Assembly: GCA_035259575.1 (NCBI GenBank)
Contig: DATFWE010000009.1
Coordinates: forward strand, 29,800-93,799
Reading direction: 5' to 3'
Origin: Haliangiales bacterium
GTDB taxonomy: Bacteria; Myxococcota_A; Polyangia; Haliangiales; SHYZ01
Length of the DNA stretch: 64,000 nucleotides
In this document: positions 59,307 through 64,000 of the stretch, in pieces
Layout of the letters: each line of letters opens with the position of its first letter
Numbering within the stretch: position 1 is the stretch's first letter
Notes under the pieces: model-generated
Told to the model about the DNA's origin: nothing
Database searches by the model: none
The model's input: the letters and a program-made list of their open reading frames with translations, nothing else
Made by a program: the position numbers and the translations under genes

Positions 59307-60631
59307 TTGCCGATGCAGAAGCGGGCGAACAGCGCCCGGAGCACGTCGTCGCCCACCTCTTCCCCGACGATCGCGCCCAGGCGCTGGGCCGCCTCGCGCA
59401 GATCCGCGGCGACGAGCTCGGCCGCGCGGCCGGCCCGCGCCGCCGACGTAGCGCGCCGCGCCGCCGCGACCGCCTCGTCGAGCAGCGCCTTCTGCCGCTC
59501 CGATTGCACGAGCACCTCCTCGCTGCCCTCGCCGGCGGCACCGAGGATCTTCGCCAGGACGGCGCGGCGCAGCGCATCGAGCCCTTCGCCGGTCAGCGCC
59601 GACACCCCCAGCGCGCCCGCCGGCGCCGGGCGAAGGTCGATCTTGTTCCACACGGCCAGGGCGCGCGCGTCGGTCGGCTCGTCGAGCGGGCCATCGCCGC
59701 CCGCCTCGCGCAGCGACAGGATGACGTCGGCGCGCGCCGCGCGCGCCCGGCCCAGCTCGACGCCGCGGCGTTCGATCTCATGGTGGGACGCGCCCTCGAC
59801 GACTCGATCGCCCGCCGTGTCGATCAACGTGACCGGCACGCCGTCCCACACCACGCGCGCGTCGACGTAATCGCGCGTCGTCCCCGGCTCGGCGGCGACG
59901 ATCGCCCGCTCCTCGCCGCACAGCGCATTGAGCAGACTCGACTTGCCCACGTTGGGCGCCCCCACGATCGCCACCTCGATGCCGTGCCGCAGCGCCCGTC
60001 CCACCGCGTACGTGGCCGACAGCGCCGCCGCCGCCGCCGCGATCTGCTCGGCGCGCGCCGCCACCGCCGCCGCCGGGAGGAAATCGAGATCCTCCTCGGG
60101 AAAATCGATCGACGCCTCGACCTCGGCGAGGAGCGCCACCGCCTCCGCGCGCGCCGCGGCCACGCGCTCCCCCAGCGCGCCCGACAGGGCGACCTGGGCC
60201 GCGCGCAGCGCCCGCTCCGACGCCGCCGCGATCACGTCGGCCACCGCCTCCGCGCGCGCCAGGTCGAGCCGGCCGTTCAGGAACGCGCGCCGCGTGAACT
60301 CCCCCGGCTCGGCGGGACGCGCCCCCAGCGCCACCGCCGCGCGCAGGAGCCGGCCCAGGTTCACCGCGCCGCCGTGGCCGTGCACCTCGGCGACGTCCTC
60401 GCCGGTGTACGAGCGCGGCGCGCGCATCGCCACCACCAGCACCTCGTCGAGACGCTGGCCGGTGGCGGGGTCGCGCGCGCGCGCGAGGATCATCCGCCGG
60501 TCGTCGAGAGCGTCGCGCCCGACGAGCGCGGCCGCCAGCGCGACCGCGCGCGGCCCGGACATGCGCACGATCCCCACGCCGCCGGCGCCGGGCGGTGTCG
60601 CGATCGCCGCGATCGTGTCGTCGTCCCTCAC
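59303..60631 (-). CDS. mnmE: tRNA modification GTPase MnmE
   Basis: DTIAAIATPPGAGGVGIVRMSG.., G1 GAPNVGKSSLLN, ..DTAG.., and the C-terminal CIGK. The GTG start overlaps the jag TGA. Confidence 0.95.
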   Translation of the reverse strand: MRDDDTIAAIATPPGAGGVGIVRMSGPRAVALAAALVGRDALDDRRMILARARDPATGQRLDEVLVVAMRAPRSYTGEDVAEVHGHGGAVNLGRLLRAAVALGARPAEPGEFTRRAFLNGRLDLARAEAVADVIAAASERALRAAQVALSGALGERVAAARAEAVALLAEVEASIDFPEEDLDFLPAAAVAARAEQIAAAAAALSATYAVGRALRHGIEVAIVGAPNVGKSSLLNALCGEERAIVAAEPGTTRDYVDARVVWDGVPVTLIDTAGDRVVEGASHHEIERRGVELGRARAARADVILSLREAGGDGPLDEPTDARALAVWNKIDLRPAPAGALGVSALTGEGLDALRRAVLAKILGAAGEGSEEVLVQSERQKALLDEAVAAARRATSAARAGRAAELVAADLREAAQRLGAIVGEEVGDDVLRALFARFCIGK

Positions 60632-61092
60632 ACCTTGTCGGGCGCGGGGACGATGAGGAGGCGGCGGAAGATGCCCTCCCCCTCGCTGCGCGTGGTCACC
60701 CCCGGCACCTTGTCCAGCGTGATGTGGATGATCCGACGGTCGTGCGGGCTCATCGGGTTCATCGTGATCGTCGTCCGGGTGCGCACCGCCTTTTCGCCCA
60801 GCCGCTTGGCCATGTCCACCAGCGTCGCCTCCCGCCGCGCCCGGTATCCCTCCGAGTCGACGACGATGGGGTGAAACCCCTCCGGCTCGTCGCGGTGCAC
60901 GACCTTGGACACGAGGTACTGCAGCGCCTCCAGCGTTTGCCCCTTCTTGCCGATCACGAGCCCCGCCTCGGGGCCGTGGATGTCGAGCAACGTACGCTCG
61001 CCCTCCTCGCGCACGTCGATGGTGGCGTCGATGCCCATGCGCTCGAGGATCCCGACGAGGACCTCGCGCGCGCGTTCCGCTTCCCGCGCCAT
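60628..61092 (-). CDS. jag: Jag/KhpB-like RNA-binding protein (KH plus R3H domains)
   Basis: KH-like ..GLVIGKKGQTLEALQYL... R3H ..MSPHDRRIIHITL... It holds the conserved position between yidC and mnmE. Confidence 0.85.
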   Translation of the reverse strand: MAREAERAREVLVGILERMGIDATIDVREEGERTLLDIHGPEAGLVIGKKGQTLEALQYLVSKVVHRDEPEGFHPIVVDSEGYRARREATLVDMAKRLGEKAVRTRTTITMNPMSPHDRRIIHITLDKVPGVTTRSEGEGIFRRLLIVPAPDKV

Positions 61093-61106
61093 GACGCCTG
61101 ACTATA

Positions 61107-62936
61107 TCAAGCTTTCTTCGCCGCCACGCCCTTGTCCCGCTTCTTTTGCGGCTTGGCGTCGGTCTTGGCTTCGGGCTTGGCTTCGGGCTTGGCCTCGGGC
61201 TTCTTGGCGTCCGGCTTGGCCTCCGCCTTGGGCGGCGTCGGCGCCGGCTTCTTCTTGTCCTGCGCGTTCATCCACTGCTGGTGGCCGATCGACAGCCCGG
61301 TGTTCGTCAGCATGTAGATGCCCAGGCCCGACGGAAACACCAGCGAGAAGAAGCCGAGCATCGCCGGCATGAGGTACTGCATGATCTTCTGCTGCTGCGA
61401 GTCCACCGCCGCCGGCGACAGCTTGGTCTGGAGGAACGTGACGCCGGTCAGGACGATCGGGATCACGTAGTAGGGATCCGGCACCGTCAGGTCCTGGATC
61501 CAGCCCACGAACGGCGCGCGGTAGAGCTCCGCCGCCGCCGACAGCGTCTGGTACAGCGCGAACCAGATCGGCATCTGCAGCAGGAGCGGCAAGCAGCCTC
61601 CGAGCGGGCTGATCTTGTGCGACTTGTAGAGCTTCATCAGCTCTTCCTGCTGCTTCATCTTGTCGTTGGCGTACTTCTCGCGAAGCTTGTCGAACTCCGG
61701 CTTGAGCTTGCTCATCGCCTTCATCGACCGCATCGACTTGGTCGTCCAGTACAGCGTGAGCAGCTTCACCGTGATGGTGAGGAGGATGATCGCCAGGCCC
61801 CAGTTGATCACCCAGCCGTGGAACACCTTGAGCAGCGCCAGCATCGGCCGGGCCAGGAACGAGAACCACCCCAGGTCGACCGCGTCGGCGAGGTGCGTCT
61901 CGCGCCCGCCCACGATCGAGATCTGATCCAGCTCCCCGTGGAGCTTGGGGCCCGAGTAGACGATGAGCGATTGCTTGAGGCTCTGCCCCGGCTCCAGCGT
62001 CGACGGCGTGTTGAACGTGAGGCGCGACTCGATGATCCCGCGCCGCTCCGCCGCCACCATCGAGCTCGCGCACACGACCGGGTCGGAGCCCAGCGGCGCC
62101 GCCGCGAACAGGAAGTACTGGTGCGCGATGCCGCCCCAGCGGACGTCTCCGCCGTGCACAGTCGGCGCCGCCGCCAGCCCCTTGACCGCGTCGTGGCGCG
62201 CCTTGCCGTCGACGTAGCAGGCGGCGTCCCACCAGGGCTCGGCGTAGGTGAACGTGCCGCGCTCCTTGGCCATCGGGTCCTGGTAGCCGAAGAGCTCCAC
62301 CGAGGCCTCGACCATGCGCTTGGGCCCGCCGGCCGGCGCGGCGTTCGTCACCGTGAAATCGAGGAGGAACCCGTACTTGGACGGGACGTTGCGGCGGAAC
62401 GTCTTGGTGATCTCCACGGTGCCGTCGCCCGAGCGCCACTTGAAGGAGATGGCGTCGTCGGACTGGTTGGTGAGCTCCCACGTCGCGCCCGCGGGCACGA
62501 GCCCGACGCGCTGCTCGTCGGCATTCGTGCCGCCGGATGCGGGCGCGGCCACCTGCACCTGCAGCGGGAAATACGCCGGGGCGGGGCCGGTCCGCACCAT
62601 GTCGATCGGCTTGCCGTCGATCTCGAACTGCGCGCCCTTGAGCGTCAGGCTCGCCAGCGCGCCGCCGCAGCGAGAGAACGTCGCGGTCCACTCGGGCGTG
62701 TCCCACCGCGGCGCTTCGTTCGGCGACTCCGGCACGCACGCCGGCCCCGCCTCGGGCGCTCCCGGCGCCGGGGCCGGGGCCGCCGTCGCGGCCGCGGCCG
62801 CCTTCGTCTCCGCGGCCGCCGGCTTTTGCGGCGGCGCGGGGGGCGGCGCCTTGGGCGGGAACAGCAGCATCCACGCCAGGTACATGGCGGCGACGATGCC
62901 AACCGCCAGGAGCAGCCGTTTGCCTTGATCTTCCAT
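61107..62936 (-). CDS. yidC: Membrane protein insertase YidC
   Basis: An N-terminal TM and a large periplasmic P1 domain are followed by the conserved core ..NWGLAIILLTITVKLLTLYW..PLGGCLPLLLQMPIWFALY... The C-terminal tail is basic and repeat-rich (PEAK repeats). Confidence 0.95.
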   Translation of the reverse strand: MEDQGKRLLLAVGIVAAMYLAWMLLFPPKAPPPAPPQKPAAAETKAAAAATAAPAPAPGAPEAGPACVPESPNEAPRWDTPEWTATFSRCGGALASLTLKGAQFEIDGKPIDMVRTGPAPAYFPLQVQVAAPASGGTNADEQRVGLVPAGATWELTNQSDDAISFKWRSGDGTVEITKTFRRNVPSKYGFLLDFTVTNAAPAGGPKRMVEASVELFGYQDPMAKERGTFTYAEPWWDAACYVDGKARHDAVKGLAAAPTVHGGDVRWGGIAHQYFLFAAAPLGSDPVVCASSMVAAERRGIIESRLTFNTPSTLEPGQSLKQSLIVYSGPKLHGELDQISIVGGRETHLADAVDLGWFSFLARPMLALLKVFHGWVINWGLAIILLTITVKLLTLYWTTKSMRSMKAMSKLKPEFDKLREKYANDKMKQQEELMKLYKSHKISPLGGCLPLLLQMPIWFALYQTLSAAAELYRAPFVGWIQDLTVPDPYYVIPIVLTGVTFLQTKLSPAAVDSQQQKIMQYLMPAMLGFFSLVFPSGLGIYMLTNTGLSIGHQQWMNAQDKKKPAPTPPKAEAKPDAKKPEAKPEAKPEAKTDAKPQKKRDKGVAAKKA

Positions 62937-62938
62937 GC

Positions 62939-63154
62939 CTACCTCTTCACCGGGTCGAAGCCGCCTCTACAGAACGGATGACATCGGAGGAGGCGCAGTA
63001 GCGCGGCCGCCGTGCCCCGCCAGGCTCCGTGCACCTCGATCGCCTCCCGCGCGTACTCCGAGCAGGTGGGCAGAAACCGACACGACGGCGTGCGTTTGAG
63101 CGGCGACAGCCACCGCCGATAAAACCCGATCAACGCCAGCAGGAGCCGCCTCAT
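62939..63154 (-). CDS. yidD: Membrane protein insertion efficiency factor YidD
   Basis: LIGFYRRWLSPLKRTPSCRFLPTCSEYAREAI..HG.. is the canonical YidD sequence. The ATG at 63154 overlaps the rnpA TGA (ATGA). Confidence 0.9.
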   Translation of the reverse strand: MRRLLLALIGFYRRWLSPLKRTPSCRFLPTCSEYAREAIEVHGAWRGTAAALLRLLRCHPFCRGGFDPVKR

Positions 63155-63411
63155 GACATGCTTCTCGCCCGGACGAGCAACGTGCGGAGATCTTGATCCA
63201 CGGCGGGGTGACTCGCCACCCCCGCGGAATTGCGGGCCAGGATCACGAGATTTGCCCTCTCGGGCAGCTCGGGGATGTGCCGGCGCACGTACTCCCGAAC
63301 CCACCGCTTGAGGCGGTTGCGCACCACGGCGTTCCCCACCTTCGACGACACCGTGATGCCGACGCGCGTCTCCACGTCACCGTCCTTGCGCTCCCTGTTC
63401 ACGATCAGCAC
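63151..63411 (-). CDS. rnpA: Ribonuclease P protein component. Coordinates give the minimal ORF from the first canonical start; the conserved N-terminus continues in frame up to 63519
   Basis: ..RVGITVSSKVGNAVVRNRLKRWVRE.. is the RNR motif region. The 36 in-frame codons upstream (63519-63412) encode VRPTSEAFPKRVRLRTRSEYLSVQRLGRRVTGELFL. This aligns with the N-termini of E. coli and B. subtilis RnpA but contains no ATG, GTG or TTG. Confidence 0.8.
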   Translation of the reverse strand: MLIVNRERKDGDVETRVGITVSSKVGNAVVRNRLKRWVREYVRRHIPELPERANLVILARNSAGVASHPAVDQDLRTLLVRARSMS

Positions 63412-63519
63412 GAGAAAAAGCTCACCCGTTACCCTGCGCCCGAGGCGCTGGACCGAAAGGTACTCCGAGCGGGTGCGCAGTCTGACTCGTTTGGGAAAGG
63501 CTTCCGACGTCGGCCTGAC

Positions 63520-63678
63520 CTACTTCTTCGCGATCGTCACGGTGAGGCGCTTGCGGCCCTTGGCGCGCCGCCGCTTGAGCACCTTGCGTCCCTCTTGCGT
63601 CTGCATGCGCTTGCGAAATCCGTGAACGCGCTTGCGGCGCTTGTTGTGCGGCTGATACGTGCGCTTACCTTTGGCCAT
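63520..63678 (-). CDS. rpmH: 50S ribosomal protein L34
   Basis: Not in the ORF track (52 aa). My translation is [56 protein letters not shown] lies 9 nt upstream of the ATG at 63678. The TAG stop is at 63522-63520. Confidence 0.9.
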   Translation of the reverse strand: MAKGKRTYQPHNKRRKRVHGFRKRMQTQEGRKVLKRRRAKGRKRLTVTIAKK

Positions 63679-63701
63679 GGCATTCTCCGTCGGGACGCGT
63701 A

Positions 63702-63730
63702 TCGTTAGCGCTTGCCCTCCAGCGTGTCAA
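63702..63730 (-). promoter_or_regulatory. Candidate rpmH promoter
   Basis: On the minus strand there is a perfect -35 TTGACA (63730-63725) and a 17-nt spacer. The -10 TAACGA (63707-63702) is weak. It lies about 25 nt upstream of the rpmH ATG. Confidence 0.3.
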
Positions 63731-64000
63731 GCGCCAACGCCCGCGCGCCAACCCCATGGAACCGCACTGGGTTTGGCGCGCCGTTCACAGGCGAGCGAAC
63801 CGCCTCCCGCGTGCGTCGTTTTTGACCCGCAGTTGCCATTCGAGATCACACGGCTTTTGAGGGCGCGTCATTTTTTCTTGCAGCAGGGCTTTTGCCTTTG
63901 CTACGGATCCATTCCGCGCACGAGTCCCGGGTTCTCGCCAACGCAGATCGCGACATCGAACCGTCGAAAACCGAGGAACAGGAAACGCTTGGGTTGGTCC

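Noticed and set aside
63679-64000. DnaA boxes / oriC in the rpmH upstream region
   Set aside because: I found no perfect TTATCCACA or TGTGGATAA 9-mer by eye. The region is too short, and truncated by the window edge, to call an origin.

Overview
This is a 64-kb, very GC-rich bacterial chromosomal segment. Its gene content points to a myxobacterium (Myxococcota), by inference only: Glt/Nfs-type TPR envelope-machine genes, an AgmX/PglI-type C-terminal domain, two DUF4388/PatA-like proteins, and many FHA, PP2C, TPR and lipoprotein genes. I call about 60 protein genes. I recognised no rRNA, tRNA, CRISPR array, transposase or prophage gene. Many long ORFs in the supplied track are antisense or shadow ORFs typical of high-GC DNA (Arg/Pro/Ala/Gly-rich, no motifs). 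I chose the frame with balanced composition and recognisable family motifs, then trimmed starts to ATG/GTG codons that fit neighbouring stops.

Layout:
(i) 2-8232: polysaccharide assembly and export genes. These are a Wzc-like BY-kinase, a nucleotidyltransferase-fold protein, a GT4, a Zn-ribbon methyltransferase, a CapD/PglF-like dehydratase and a short Wza/OPX lipoprotein.
(ii) 8240-18417: a seven-gene minus-strand cluster colinear with the Myxococcus Glt/Nfs envelope machine, separated from the OPX gene by only 7 nt.
(iii) obg-rpmA-rplU and a GntR-YkgJ-gatC-gatA-gatB operon.
(iv) 25-37 kb: signalling and housekeeping genes. These are a CHASE3-GAF-GGDEF cyclase, a DUF4388-J-domain protein, PP2C, a beta-lactamase-fold hydrolase, folK, an aminotransferase, an FAH-family protein, an FHA protein and a CheY-like protein.
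(v) 37277-45083: a tightly coupled seven-gene plus-strand operon with two dynamin-like GTPases (one TPR-fused), an M48-like protein with HALGH instead of HExxH, an SRPBCC protein, a UPF0104 membrane protein and RNase HII.
(vi) ggt, an ECF sigma/anti-sigma pair, mutM-rsmA-tsaD plus a response-regulator gene, and rsmG-bioF-bioA-bioD.
(vii) The origin-proximal set mnmE-jag-yidC-yidD-rnpA-rpmH at the right edge.

Main hunt results:
- A ~94-95-nt structured repeat family sits exactly in three stop/start junctions (gatC|gatA, gatA|gatB, and a tandem dimer at GltC-like|GltD-like). Each insertion is flanked by a duplicated TCAT (ATGA on the coding strand).
- The Glt/Nfs-like cluster is fused to polysaccharide export genes.
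- The dynamin-centred operon is a candidate membrane-remodelling system.
- rnpA has a conserved N-terminus that lies in frame directly behind the rpmH stop codon with no canonical start codon.
- An AT-rich palindromic repeat block lies in a convergent intergenic region.
- A duplicated near-palindromic 17-mer lies in front of bioF.
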